From: Shigella phage CT01
Length of the DNA: 64,000 nucleotides
Direction: 5' to 3' (one strand)
Sequence record: OK018184
Shown: positions 40,247 through 50,438 of the stretch, piece by piece
Layout: each line of letters starts with the position of its first letter
Numbering within the stretch: the first letter of the stretch is position 1
Translations under genes and position numbers: made by a program
The notes under the pieces: model-generated
Told to the model about the DNA's origin: nothing
The model's database searches: none
What the model saw: the letters and a program-made list of their open reading frames with translations, nothing else

Positions 40247-40336
40247 GCATTGATAAGTACTAAACTATACTGCGAATAAAATTCTGGACCAAAATGAAAA
40301 ATCATATCATTTATAGTATCAATAATATAATTCAAT

Positions 40337-40807
40337 TTAATCATGTTTCCACACCCCATCGGTATTTGACCAAAGTCGCTGATTATCTGAACCTCGCCAC
40401 AGCTTTTTGGTCGGAAGATTTTTCTCATACTTCCCATCAATAATAACATCAACATATTTAAGCATTTCTAGTTGTTTAATATCTTCAAACTTGTATCCTG
40501 TCCACAACCAAATGCTTTTATTGGGATAAAGATTTTTTACTGTTTGAACGATGCAATGAATAACATCTCGGTTATCAGGATAGAGAGGGTCTCCTCCAGT
40601 TATAGTTAATCCTTCTATATAATCATTATTCAAACATTCAATTAATTGCTCTAGTGTTTCACCGGTGAATGGAACGCCATTTCTAGCATTCCATGTTGAT
40701 TTATTATAACATCCTTCACATTTATGCAAACACCCCGTAACGAAAAGAACGACCCTGCATCCAGGGCCATTCACAAAATCACAGGGATAAAATCTATCGT
40801 AATTCAT
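40337..40807 (-). CDS. nrdG: anaerobic ribonucleotide reductase activase NrdG (radical SAM)
   Basis: 156 aa; cysteine cluster CLHKCEGC. Confidence 0.85.
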   Translation of the reverse strand: MNYDRFYPCDFVNGPGCRVVLFVTGCLHKCEGCYNKSTWNARNGVPFTGETLEQLIECLNNDYIEGLTITGGDPLYPDNRDVIHCIVQTVKNLYPNKSIWLWTGYKFEDIKQLEMLKYVDVIIDGKYEKNLPTKKLWRGSDNQRLWSNTDGVWKHD

Positions 40808-42621
40808 TGGTGTTTAACCCTATGCATGATTTCTTTATTTTTGCCGAGATTAAATCCGCGTTCATTCGGATTTCCCAAATAACCACAAGTTCTTCTTATT
40901 GTGTTCATCTTTTTAGGATCAGTTTCTCCACAAATAGAACAAACAAATCCGTTTTCAGTAGGAGTCATTTCATGGGTACTTCCACACGTAAAACATTTAT
41001 CTACTGGCATGTTAACACCAAAATAATCTAAATGTTGTGCAGCATAATCCCATACAGCCTCAAGACCTTTTAGGTTATTTTTCATATCAGGAAGTTCAAC
41101 ATAAGAAATGTGACCGCCTGTCGCAATGAAATGATATGGGGCTTCGCGAGAAATCTTTTCAAACGGAGTAATATTTTCTTCTACTGAAACGTGGAAACTG
41201 TTAGTGTACCAGCCTTTATCAGTAACATCCTTTACACTTCCATATTTTTCGGTATCGAGTTTACAGAAGCGATAACACAGGTTTTCAGCAGGTGTAGAAT
41301 ACAAGCTAAAAGCAAAACCAGTTCTTTCAGTCCACTGCTTAAGATGTGCATTCATTTTAGTTAAAATTTCCTGTCCAATATCACGACCGACAAGAATATT
41401 CAATTCGTGAATACCAATGTATCCTAGGGATACTGAACTTCTACCGTTTTTAAATAACTCAATTATATCATCATCGGGTTTAAGACGAACCCCGAATGCA
41501 CCTTCTTGGTAAAGAATAGGAGCAACAGTAGCTTTAACTCCTTTTAATGAACTAATTCTACACATCAATGCTTCAAAACACAAATCCATTCGTTCATTGA
41601 ACAATTCGGCAAATTTCTGTTCATTGAACTGTGTTCCAATATAAGAATCTAATGCAATACGAGGAAGATTCAGTGTTACAACGCCAAGATTATTACGTCC
41701 ATCAAGAATTTCATTACCAGTCGAATCTTTCCATACACTTAAGAAACTGCGGCAACCCATTGGAGAAACAGGAACAGATGAACCGGTGATAGCTTTATTG
41801 TTCTTAGCCGAAATGATGTCAGGATACATTCTTTTACTTGCACACTCTAGAGCAAGCTGCTTAATATCATAGTTCGGATCGTCTTTATAAAGATTAACAC
41901 CTTCTTCAACGAACATAACAAGTTTAGGAAAAATAGGAGTTATCCCATCGCGGCCAAGACCTTTAATGCGATTTTTCAGAATTGCTTTCTGAATCATTCG
42001 TTCAGTCCAGTCAGTTCCCGTACCAAATGTAATTGTTACAAAAGGAGTTTGTCCGTTTGAACTAAAGAGAGTATTTACTTCATATTCATAAGCTTGGAAT
42101 GCATCGTATACGTCTTTTTCTGTTTTAGATTGGGCATAATTCAACGCGTCAGCGATTTGCCATTTTTCTGCGTCCTCAATATGTTTTGCATAGGTGCGTT
42201 TAACATAAGGAGAAAGTACTTTATCTACATTCGCAAAAGTCGTTCCGCCATATTGATGAGAAGCAACCTGCGCAGTAATTTGTGCCATAATTGCAGTAGC
42301 AACACCGATTGATTTAGGAGTTTCAATCTGTGCATTACCGAGCTTAAATCCATTCTCAAGCATTCCTTTTAAATCTACTAAACAGCAATTAGTAAATGGA
42401 AGAGCAGGGGAATAATCAATATCATGGAAATGGATAATTCCGCTTTCATGCGCTTTCATAATAAAAGACGGGACCATATTTTTGGCAATGTGTTTAGACA
42501 CAATACCAGCCATAAGGTCCCGTTGAGTTGGAAAAACACGAGAATCTTTATTAGCATTCTCGTTTAAAAGGTCTTTATTAGTTTTATGAATTAATCCTTC
42601 AATTTCTTTTTCAATCGTCAT
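40804..42621 (-). CDS. nrdD: anaerobic ribonucleotide reductase NrdD, uninterrupted (no intron)
   Basis: 605-aa continuous ORF; C-terminal glycyl-radical and CxxC zinc ribbon (CFTCGSTHEM...CSICG). Confidence 0.9.
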   Translation of the reverse strand: MTIEKEIEGLIHKTNKDLLNENANKDSRVFPTQRDLMAGIVSKHIAKNMVPSFIMKAHESGIIHFHDIDYSPALPFTNCCLVDLKGMLENGFKLGNAQIETPKSIGVATAIMAQITAQVASHQYGGTTFANVDKVLSPYVKRTYAKHIEDAEKWQIADALNYAQSKTEKDVYDAFQAYEYEVNTLFSSNGQTPFVTITFGTGTDWTERMIQKAILKNRIKGLGRDGITPIFPKLVMFVEEGVNLYKDDPNYDIKQLALECASKRMYPDIISAKNNKAITGSSVPVSPMGCRSFLSVWKDSTGNEILDGRNNLGVVTLNLPRIALDSYIGTQFNEQKFAELFNERMDLCFEALMCRISSLKGVKATVAPILYQEGAFGVRLKPDDDIIELFKNGRSSVSLGYIGIHELNILVGRDIGQEILTKMNAHLKQWTERTGFAFSLYSTPAENLCYRFCKLDTEKYGSVKDVTDKGWYTNSFHVSVEENITPFEKISREAPYHFIATGGHISYVELPDMKNNLKGLEAVWDYAAQHLDYFGVNMPVDKCFTCGSTHEMTPTENGFVCSICGETDPKKMNTIRRTCGYLGNPNERGFNLGKNKEIMHRVKHQ

Positions 42622-43091
42622 TTTAAACTCTTTCTAAGCTGCTTCTTAAATGAAGCTATTAATTGTGTTTTAGTGTCAGATTCATTATATTCAAATCCTC
42701 TTTGAAGCATCTCAGCCATCATTTCCTCTTTTCCTAAACGAGAAAATTCCTTTGATTTATCTCCAACGAAGTTAGGGTGAATATTATTTTGGGTGTAATC
42801 GGATTTTAAATAAGTAAGTAAATTTTCTAACCATTCAAGATAATCAACACCTTGTCCCTTTAAGCCAGAACGATTAAATTTATGTTTCATTTGACCTTCT
42901 GCAGCATTGCAGAGATTACATAGCAACCCACGTACCTTTCCTGCTTTTGGTCCATTTAATTCATGGTCATGGTCAAGGTGATTAGCTTGAACATCAGGAT
43001 TTAGTTCTCGTTGGCAAATTAAGCATTTACCGTTTTGTGCATTATAAAATTTTTGTTTTTCTTCTTTGTACAATTTGCCAGTCAATAACAT
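42618..43091 (-). CDS. 49: endonuclease VII gp49 (Holliday junction resolvase)
   Basis: 157 aa; zinc motif CLICQ...HLDHDH...CNLCN; length as T4 EndoVII. Confidence 0.9.
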   Translation of the reverse strand: MLLTGKLYKEEKQKFYNAQNGKCLICQRELNPDVQANHLDHDHELNGPKAGKVRGLLCNLCNAAEGQMKHKFNRSGLKGQGVDYLEWLENLLTYLKSDYTQNNIHPNFVGDKSKEFSRLGKEEMMAEMLQRGFEYNESDTKTQLIASFKKQLRKSLK

Positions 43092-43356
43092 AATAAACCC
43101 TTACCTTAAATAGATAAGGGTATTTATTATTTTCAAGTATTAAAATGCTCGTTCAGAAAAAGAAATTTGAGTTTCAAGAAGTTCTCGTTGGCAAATTAAG
43201 CATTTACCGTTTTGTGCATTATAAAATTTTTGTTTTTCTTCTTTGTACAATTTGCCAGTCAATAACATAATAAACCCTTACCTTAAATAGATAAGGGTAT
43301 TTATTATTTTCAAGTATTAAAATGCTCGTTCAGAAAAAGAAATTTGAGTTTCAAGC
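43003..43356. repeat. tandem duplication, 2 x 177 bp, spanning the gene 49 start and upstream hairpin
   Basis: 43003..43179 and 43180..43356 identical except for the last base. Confidence 0.9.
43140..43268 (-). pseudogene. duplicated gene 49 5' end (30 codons) fused in frame to the last 12 codons of the upstream gene
   Basis: MLLTGKLYKEEKQKFYNAQNGKCLICQREL-LETQISFSERAF. Confidence 0.6.
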
Positions 43357-43781
43357 CATTCAATATATTCTGCTGCAGCTTGCATCAAATTTCCTTCATA
43401 GCCATCGTTATTTTCTTGTGCAGCTAATTTAGCTAATGCATATGAAATACGTTCACCCTGAAAAGCGGCTTTAGGTTTATGAATAGCTTGATCAACTCGT
43501 TCTACAACTTCTTCAATTTCGCCATTTTCTACTGATTCAGTATTCCACAAGCACCAATACGTAATTGGCTTATCATAGATGTTAATAACCTTTCCGTCAG
43601 AAAGTTCAATTTCAATAATTCCAGTATCAGGTTCTATATCATCTTCACATTCTTTTGCAAGTTCACGAACTTTAAAGACAGTACCTGCACTAAGTTCCGG
43701 CCAGTAATTACACAACCCTTTATCAGCACGATTAATTCTAAACCACTTATCTACTGTAATCATGTCCCATCTCCATATCAA
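43317..43781 (-). CDS. hypothetical protein
   Basis: 154-aa ORF upstream of gene 49. Confidence 0.5.
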   Translation of the reverse strand: MIWRWDMITVDKWFRINRADKGLCNYWPELSAGTVFKVRELAKECEDDIEPDTGIIEIELSDGKVINIYDKPITYWCLWNTESVENGEIEEVVERVDQAIHKPKAAFQGERISYALAKLAAQENNDGYEGNLMQAAAEYIEWLETQISFSERAF

Positions 43782-43886
43782 TTATGTCATTTATTGTAGG
43801 TTCATTATATACTGTTTCTTCATCAGTGTAAACCGGTTCTTCCGGCTCTGGCTCTACTGTTTCCCATCTAGCCGCCCACCAAGGTT

Positions 43887-44207
43887 TTATAGCGTAATCC
43901 ATTCTCGTATTGTCTGAGTTACTACACGTTCACGGGGCTCGACTAGTTCAACAGTCGGAACTGCATAATACCAGTCAGAATGGTAAGAACCTGAGCGAGA
44001 TTCATTTACAGACACATGTACATTATGTTTTGGACTAAAATAAACACACTGACGATATTGACATTTGCCATCTTGCACCCAGTCTTCTATTTCGACAGGT
44101 TTAAGATAATCCGAAAAATCGAAATCATAGTTTTCTGAAAATGCATCATGGTCTTCGATGATTTCGCTCAGAACTGCATCAACATCTAATTTATTTTCAA
44201 TAGTCAT
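43887..44207 (-). CDS. hypothetical protein
   Basis: 106-aa ORF. Confidence 0.45.
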   Translation of the reverse strand: MTIENKLDVDAVLSEIIEDHDAFSENYDFDFSDYLKPVEIEDWVQDGKCQYRQCVYFSPKHNVHVSVNESRSGSYHSDWYYAVPTVELVEPRERVVTQTIREWITL

Positions 44208-44217
44208 TTGTCACCAC

Positions 44218-44427
44218 TTAATTTCGCAATTTATTAAGTTCTTCATAATCAATCCAGGATTCTAATCCTGATGGCAAATCAGATTCAATTTCCCAAAGAA
44301 GCTCTTCAATTTTCTGAAGACGATCTAATTCTTCAGCTGGAATAGTAACCATTGACGGAGTTCTTGATACACTAATATCGTAAATCATATTTACCCCAGT
44401 TTGACCATACAATCGCCGTATTTCCAT
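44218..44427 (-). CDS. hypothetical protein
   Basis: 69-aa ORF. Confidence 0.4.
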   Translation of the reverse strand: MEIRRLYGQTGVNMIYDISVSRTPSMVTIPAEELDRLQKIEELLWEIESDLPSGLESWIDYEELNKLRN

Positions 44428-44606
44428 TTAGAAATAGACTTTTCACCATTAGAATAATAAACTTCTAGTTTAGCGCGGCCATTTTTAATTTGAATAACCT
44501 TTGCTGTCATTAAAGTTCCATACCCATAATAAACTGCAACCTCATCCCCCACATATACCGCGCTTCCGCGGTAGTCATGGATATAATCAGTTCCTTCAAG
44601 CATCAT
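44391..44606 (-). CDS. hypothetical protein
   Basis: 71-aa ORF. Confidence 0.4.
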   Translation of the reverse strand: MMLEGTDYIHDYRGSAVYVGDEVAVYYGYGTLMTAKVIQIKNGRAKLEVYYSNGEKSISKWKYGDCMVKLG

Positions 44607-44866
44607 TTAAAGTATTCCCGCAATTGGTCAAATCCACCAATATGACTTCCATCAGGAGCAAATACCTGAGGCATCGTCAATCCGATTTGAGTATCACGAC
44701 CTAGTTTAGTCAGAAGCTCAGCAATTTTCTCATCATCAAAAACACCTTTTTCCGGCATAATATTGATAAATTCAAACGGCTGTTTCTTCACAGTCAAAAG
44801 ACGTTTTGCATTATCGCAATACACACATTTATGGATGTTGCTATCATAACCATATACTTTAAACAT
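44603..44866 (-). CDS. nrdC: thioredoxin/glutaredoxin NrdC
   Basis: 87 aa with CVYC active site. Confidence 0.85.
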   Translation of the reverse strand: MFKVYGYDSNIHKCVYCDNAKRLLTVKKQPFEFINIMPEKGVFDDEKIAELLTKLGRDTQIGLTMPQVFAPDGSHIGGFDQLREYFK

Positions 44867-44867
44867 A

Positions 44868-45110
44868 TTATTCCTTAATTCCTAGTACTTGTTTAAAAGT
44901 CTCGTCGTAATCAAGACTTTGACCTGTTTGTTCTTTATGTTTGTATATAATATCACTTACTTCTGATAGCATATTTTTATATGAACGAGTTAAAGCAGAT
45001 TTAAGCACACTATATCTATCAGGAAATTTACCATGTTCATTATAATAAGCTATTGCTAATTCACGGACTGCCTTTTCAGCAGTCTCCATATATTCTTTAC
45101 GCTTTGTCAT
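44868..45110 (-). CDS. hypothetical protein
   Basis: 80-aa ORF. Confidence 0.45.
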
Positions 45111-45414
45111 TTTCTTCTCGGTTAAATCGGTGTTTACAATGACGACATTTATAACGAAGAATACTAGTTTGCCAATGAATCAATTGAACCTGTTCAGTAC
45201 CACATTTTGGGCAGTTCGGAACATTCTTAGAAGCCCTTTCGCGGCGTTCAACCATAACCATAATGGCATCCCAAGCAGGAGGTTTAAAGTCTAGATCGTC
45301 ATCGCCATGAATCTTTCCACGCATTTCTAGATCGTCTTCTTCACCAGCCATAATAATTTTAATTAGACTGGAATTACTTGAAGCTGCAATATCTTCTAAT
45401 AAGCGCTTTTTCAT
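45097..45414 (-). CDS. zinc-ribbon protein
   Basis: 105 aa with CPKCG...CRHCKH. Confidence 0.5.
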
Positions 45415-46340
45415 TTCAGTACCTCAATAGCATCACGTAAACCATTTGCTTTTGCATTAAGAGCTTTTAACAATTTGGTATGTTCGGCAATCTGAGCTTC
45501 AACTTCAATCAAACGAGCATTGAGATATTCACGTTCTTCGCTCAGGTTATCAACCTTTTCTACTTTAGATTCTTTTACAACTGGCTTATATGTATTAGGG
45601 TTCTTCAGTTTAATTAGAATGCGTGAACTGTATAACATTGAACCATTATCTTCGGTTTCATCATACATTTCCACTACGTCCATCATCTCCACCATCGTGC
45701 AGAGTTTATAAGACAGCGAACGAATAGTTTTGTTATGCTTATTAATTTCTCTAGCTGTCATGGTGCCGAGATTACGTGAGTAATAATAAGGAACCTGGAT
45801 ATTAATTAATACTGATGAACCACCTGGCTTGTGTGTTACTTCATCAGCAATAACCCAATCCTTAACATGAACTGTATTTGTACGGTCATCGCCTGCGGTA
45901 AATAGTTTGCGAGCATGCTTAAAAAGCATATTCACTTGGTCATTGAATTGACAAGCAAATTTATCAGCAAATTTAGTTTCAGGAATGGTAGATAACCAAT
46001 CAGCCAAATGGGTCTTTTTAACATCGTTAACAATAGTAAATTCAACCAAATCAGTTATAGATGTCTCAGATTTAATAAAGCTCGGCTTCATAAAGTTTTT
46101 AATGTTATCACGAGCTATCACAGAAGATAGTAATCGGGAACGTTTGAACCACTCTAGCAAAGAACCAAGAGAATGTGAATACGCATTTTGTGTATCTTTA
46201 CAAATATGGTTTTCCCATCCAATATAGTCTAAAAAATCACGAAGAATATTATTGATTACTGCTCTATGTCCTATCTGATAATTACGATGTTTAGTAATAA
46301 GACTATCAAAATAATCAATATAATGTTTACGAGTTTTCAT
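45411..46340 (-). CDS. hypothetical protein with C-terminal coiled coil
   Basis: 309-aa ORF. Confidence 0.55.
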   Translation of the reverse strand: MKTRKHYIDYFDSLITKHRNYQIGHRAVINNILRDFLDYIGWENHICKDTQNAYSHSLGSLLEWFKRSRLLSSVIARDNIKNFMKPSFIKSETSITDLVEFTIVNDVKKTHLADWLSTIPETKFADKFACQFNDQVNMLFKHARKLFTAGDDRTNTVHVKDWVIADEVTHKPGGSSVLINIQVPYYYSRNLGTMTAREINKHNKTIRSLSYKLCTMVEMMDVVEMYDETEDNGSMLYSSRILIKLKNPNTYKPVVKESKVEKVDNLSEEREYLNARLIEVEAQIAEHTKLLKALNAKANGLRDAIEVLK

Positions 46341-46392
46341 GTTCTTCTCACTTGGTTAATGATTTATACTCCGAGCCATCCTTGGCTTTAAA

Positions 46393-47394
46393 TTACTTAA
46401 TTAACTGTAAAGCTTGTTCAAGACGATCCAGACGATTAACAGATTCTTCCCAAATCCTTTTAGCCTGCTCATATTCTTTCTGCGCTTTATTAGAAATTTC
46501 TAGAACTTCTTTATAAGCCTTTTCTAGTGCAATAACTTCTGGACGAATTTCTACAGGTTCAGGCGAATCATCAAGATTATCCATTAGTTCCTCAAGTGTA
46601 ATTTCTTCTTTAGGAGTATTCACAATTTCATCACATTTTTGTTGGTAAATTTCTTTATCAGTCGGTGAGTACGCACATTTCACTTCACGAAGACTAACTA
46701 CAATTTTATATCCTTCCCAACCGCATATATTCTTAAAAGGATACGTATGAATATTTTCTACTGTTTCCATACAAAGTAATGCGGTTTCTAATTGACGAGT
46801 TATAGTGCTAGCAATTGAGAAAAATTTATTAATATTCCTTTGGTTAGTTTCTGGTGTAAAAAATCCATAATTCACAAAAATAGATACTTTATTTTTATCA
46901 AGTTCATATTCTTTTATGATAATCATATCAGAAGCCAAAGGATGAATTTGACGATAATCGCCATAACATAATTTAGAAGCTGATTTTAGAATCTGTCCTT
47001 TGAAAAGCCTGAAATTACTAATCCAACGACGAGTAAAAATATTCTCAGGGTCTTCTTTATTATTAAGATGATAAGAATTAACATCACCGAACCAATTATA
47101 TCCTACTACATCTTTGGTTCGTTTAATTTCTTTCCCAAAATTACCAAGAATATCCCGATTAACCAAATATGAAAGAAGACGAGACTCTTTAAAGGTTTTC
47201 TTGATAACATCTTTATCTACACGACTAGAAATTTTACGAATTTCATGAATAAATTTAGTAGAAGAAACAATACCTGCATCAACACTATTGAGCCATTGAT
47301 TGATAATAGAAATAACGCTATTTTGACCAAACATCGGTATAGCTTTATCATCAATAACACTATTGAATGATTTGATATATTCGTTACGAGTCAT
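46393..47394 (-). CDS. hypothetical protein with C-terminal coiled coil
   Basis: Track ORF 46393..47445; start at MTRNEY downstream of the promoter. Confidence 0.55.
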   Translation of the reverse strand: MTRNEYIKSFNSVIDDKAIPMFGQNSVISIINQWLNSVDAGIVSSTKFIHEIRKISSRVDKDVIKKTFKESRLLSYLVNRDILGNFGKEIKRTKDVVGYNWFGDVNSYHLNNKEDPENIFTRRWISNFRLFKGQILKSASKLCYGDYRQIHPLASDMIIIKEYELDKNKVSIFVNYGFFTPETNQRNINKFFSIASTITRQLETALLCMETVENIHTYPFKNICGWEGYKIVVSLREVKCAYSPTDKEIYQQKCDEIVNTPKEEITLEELMDNLDDSPEPVEIRPEVIALEKAYKEVLEISNKAQKEYEQAKRIWEESVNRLDRLEQALQLIK

Positions 47395-47419
47395 ATTAAT
47401 CTCCTCAGTAGAAAGTAAG

Positions 47420-47455
47420 AACATTATACCACATCCTTGTGGCAAAGTAAACTAG
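47420..47455 (-). promoter_or_regulatory. T4-type early promoter
   Basis: Reverse strand GTTTAC-18 nt-TATAAT (gtaaac 47447..47452, attata 47423..47428). Confidence 0.6.
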
Positions 47456-48480
47456 TTCAGTGCATTTAGTGCATTGTTCAGTTTAGAACGTTGCTTTGTC
47501 AGATTTTGAACCCTTGACTGAGCTTGTTCTAACACCTTTTCAGCTTCTAGCACTTCATTGGTCGCTTTAACGAGTTCATCATCTACTGCCTTAAGAGACT
47601 TCTCAATCGCGTCAGCGTGCCATTTTTCTACAGGTTTAAAATTTGAATTTTCAGTAGGAAGAAAACTCACTTTATTAAGTTTACATGCATCTATATTGCT
47701 TGAGCTATACATCCAAAATTTAGGATCGTTTGATGAGTAATTGGATAAATTTAAATTTAAGTTATCTTGCACTTCTTGCTTTTTCTCTTGCGGGACTTCG
47801 TCCTTTCTCAAAAAATCGTATTTAAATGAAACGATCATATCAAGTTCATACGTTGTTGTGTCTAATTTAAATCGTTCAAAACGAGGTAAAATCTTAGATT
47901 GAACAGCAGCAACAACATCCATATACTTAAATGCTTCTGTCAACTGCGATTTAAGGCATTCGCAAATTGAAAGAGAATTTTTTGTATTAGGTTTAAAGCT
48001 AATTCGTGCAGTTCTGTTATTTTCTTTTAATGGTCTTACTTCCATCTGAAGAGTATAACCATCAAATTTCAGGTTCTTTAAGTTAATATCAGAACCTTTC
48101 AATCGACTCGCAGTTGATAAAATTTGCTTTAATTGTCTACGGAACAGAGCAATAAATCTCCATTCAATACGATAATGATTTGGATTGAAAAATCCAGATG
48201 ATAAATCGACCTTACTTTGACCAACGCCTTGAACAAATAGAGGATTTTTATAATCAATAGTTTTACAGAAATCGGTGAGTTGCTCACGAGCAGTCATTTG
48301 TGTAATATACCCCGCTTTACTAAAATTACGCATCCATTCACTGCTATTCGTATACTTAAAGTGATGAATAACACGATTAACTTTATCAGGGTCTAAATTA
48401 TTTTCACACAAAAATGTCATAACATCACGAGTATAGCTGGCATTACGAACCATATCTTCAATTTGAGAACGAGTTTTCAT
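47452..48480 (-). CDS. hypothetical protein with C-terminal coiled coil
   Basis: 342-aa ORF. Confidence 0.55.
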   Translation of the reverse strand: MKTRSQIEDMVRNASYTRDVMTFLCENNLDPDKVNRVIHHFKYTNSSEWMRNFSKAGYITQMTAREQLTDFCKTIDYKNPLFVQGVGQSKVDLSSGFFNPNHYRIEWRFIALFRRQLKQILSTASRLKGSDINLKNLKFDGYTLQMEVRPLKENNRTARISFKPNTKNSLSICECLKSQLTEAFKYMDVVAAVQSKILPRFERFKLDTTTYELDMIVSFKYDFLRKDEVPQEKKQEVQDNLNLNLSNYSSNDPKFWMYSSSNIDACKLNKVSFLPTENSNFKPVEKWHADAIEKSLKAVDDELVKATNEVLEAEKVLEQAQSRVQNLTKQRSKLNNALNALN

Positions 48481-48488
48481 GGTGTTCC

Positions 48489-49415
48489 TTAAGATTTAAG
48501 TAAATCAACAATTTTAATTAACTTTTCACGCTCAGATTTAGCTTTACTACTCAATCCAGATAGTCTAAAAATTTCATCATCATATTGTTGAATAGAAATA
48601 TTCAGCTCTTCAATCTGCTTATTAAAATAATCAATTTGTTCAGAATGTTTTTCGTTACTACGAACTGGTACAGGTTTTGTAGGCAATGTAGTTGAACTGG
48701 ATTCATCCGGGCGATAAATTAAAATACAACTTGAACCAATAGGGCATTTTGCACCAGATGAATATTCTAATGTTCCAGCTTCTTTTAAAACTTCAAAAGC
48801 TAAACAGAGATGATGTCCCATATTAACATAATCTGTAGAGTGAGCTCTGATGTAATAATCATCTCCACGAATACTAAATTTAAAGCATTTAAGGTCTTCT
48901 GTATTATTGGTCTTAAAAATCATTTGTTTATCTAGACCTTTAGCTAATCGAGCGCCCAATGCTAATAATCGTCGTTGATTTTCCCACAAATCCGCAATCA
49001 TTTGATCGAATGATAATTTCGGCATTAGTCGACCATAAAGGTCATATCCTTTATTATAATTACGAAGAATTTCACTCGCATTAATACGAGACAACGCTCC
49101 AATTTTATTAAGGGCTTTCATAATGCGATTAGATAAACTCATTCCAGACCCATTTGTTCGCTGTAAATGTTTTTCTAATCCAAAGCCAATATCAACTTTA
49201 AACTTATCTAAAATTTCGGCATGAACATCTCTGTCAATAACATTCAAATCCAAAGTTGGGTTAAATCTATGAAAAAATTTATCTGGCTCTCCACGACGAA
49301 ATACAGTCCATTCATTCATCATTTTTTTATTAACTAAAGATTTAATTACTGCATTGACATTATTAATTACCACTGACATATTTTCCTCACTCAATTTCAA
49401 TTTTACTAAATACAC
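48489..49415 (-). CDS. hypothetical protein with C-terminal coiled coil
   Basis: 308-aa ORF. Confidence 0.55.
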   Translation of the reverse strand: MYLVKLKLSEENMSVVINNVNAVIKSLVNKKMMNEWTVFRRGEPDKFFHRFNPTLDLNVIDRDVHAEILDKFKVDIGFGLEKHLQRTNGSGMSLSNRIMKALNKIGALSRINASEILRNYNKGYDLYGRLMPKLSFDQMIADLWENQRRLLALGARLAKGLDKQMIFKTNNTEDLKCFKFSIRGDDYYIRAHSTDYVNMGHHLCLAFEVLKEAGTLEYSSGAKCPIGSSCILIYRPDESSSTTLPTKPVPVRSNEKHSEQIDYFNKQIEELNISIQQYDDEIFRLSGLSSKAKSEREKLIKIVDLLKS

Positions 49416-49794
49416 AGAATATGATTGAACAGACTACATAAGCACCACACACAGATTGAACTAATACCATCCCAAAGAACCAAACAATATTATCAAACAG
49501 TGTCTGTTTTACGTCGAAAGGACGTAAACTTACAGTAATATTATCACCTTTTTCTATTGAAGAATACATCTCTGGGGAAATATATTCACTAAATCTATAA
49601 CCGTCTTTGAGTTCATATACGGCAATAAACGATAAACTAGACCCTTTTCCTTGTGTTCCTGTAATGGTATTAACTACAGTAACATCATAATCTTTATAAT
49701 GCATATAATCATTAATTGCATAATAACCATATGCAACTACTACACATAAACAACATATCAATAAATTCAATCTTTTAATTATCAACTGTTTCAT
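49387..49794 (-). CDS. hypothetical membrane protein
   Basis: 135 aa with N- and C-terminal hydrophobic helices. Confidence 0.5.
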   Translation of the reverse strand: MKQLIIKRLNLLICCLCVVVAYGYYAINDYMHYKDYDVTVVNTITGTQGKGSSLSFIAVYELKDGYRFSEYISPEMYSSIEKGDNITVSLRPFDVKQTLFDNIVWFFGMVLVQSVCGAYVVCSIIFCVFSKIEIE

Positions 49795-49849
49795 AATAAT
49801 CTCAATTAAAAGGGCTTAGAACCATTATACCATCCTTGGTATAAAGCGG

Positions 49850-50377
49850 TTATGCGAGTACCGTCTTTAACCGTTCTTCAAACTTCCGAAGAGTATTTTG
49901 GCGTTCAGCTCTTTGCTTTTTGTAAGTTTCAATACGCTCTGAAATGAGAGTGTATCGTTCATTTACTGATTCTTTCATAAAATCAGGAATTTCACGAGAA
50001 GCTTTAATCTCGTCAAATTTATCAATAACAGCTTGCTCTTCAGCAATTAAGTTATCATACATTAAAATATCTTTCTTGATAAACTCAATATCTTCTTGAG
50101 TTACACGAGATAACTTAGATGCTTTATCCTTTTTGTACTGTTCATTAGTATCACGAGACCAGTGTAATGTACGATTTTTATTCGTATTCTTGTAAATTTC
50201 TACAATACCAATCTCATCGATAATAACGATCCAATTCCAACGGGATTTGTAAATTTGTCCTCCATCAACTGTGATTTCACCTCCGATTGAGATGTCGTTA
50301 AAGAACTTGCTTTGTGCTTCAGATTTAAATTTACCATCGTTGTAATTTACCAAGTTGAAAATATCTTTAGCGTTCAT
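49850..50377 (-). CDS. hypothetical protein
   Basis: 175-aa ORF downstream of an early promoter. Confidence 0.5.
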   Translation of the reverse strand: MNAKDIFNLVNYNDGKFKSEAQSKFFNDISIGGEITVDGGQIYKSRWNWIVIIDEIGIVEIYKNTNKNRTLHWSRDTNEQYKKDKASKLSRVTQEDIEFIKKDILMYDNLIAEEQAVIDKFDEIKASREIPDFMKESVNERYTLISERIETYKKQRAERQNTLRKFEERLKTVLA

Positions 50378-50401
50378 TTTCTGTTCCTCCGTAGTTGATA
50401 G

Positions 50402-50438
50402 TTGTATAGTACCATAGAGGAACAGTCTTGTAAACCAC
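50402..50438 (-). promoter_or_regulatory. T4-type early promoter
   Basis: Reverse strand GTTTAC (gtaaac 50430..50435) ... TACTATACA. Confidence 0.5.
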
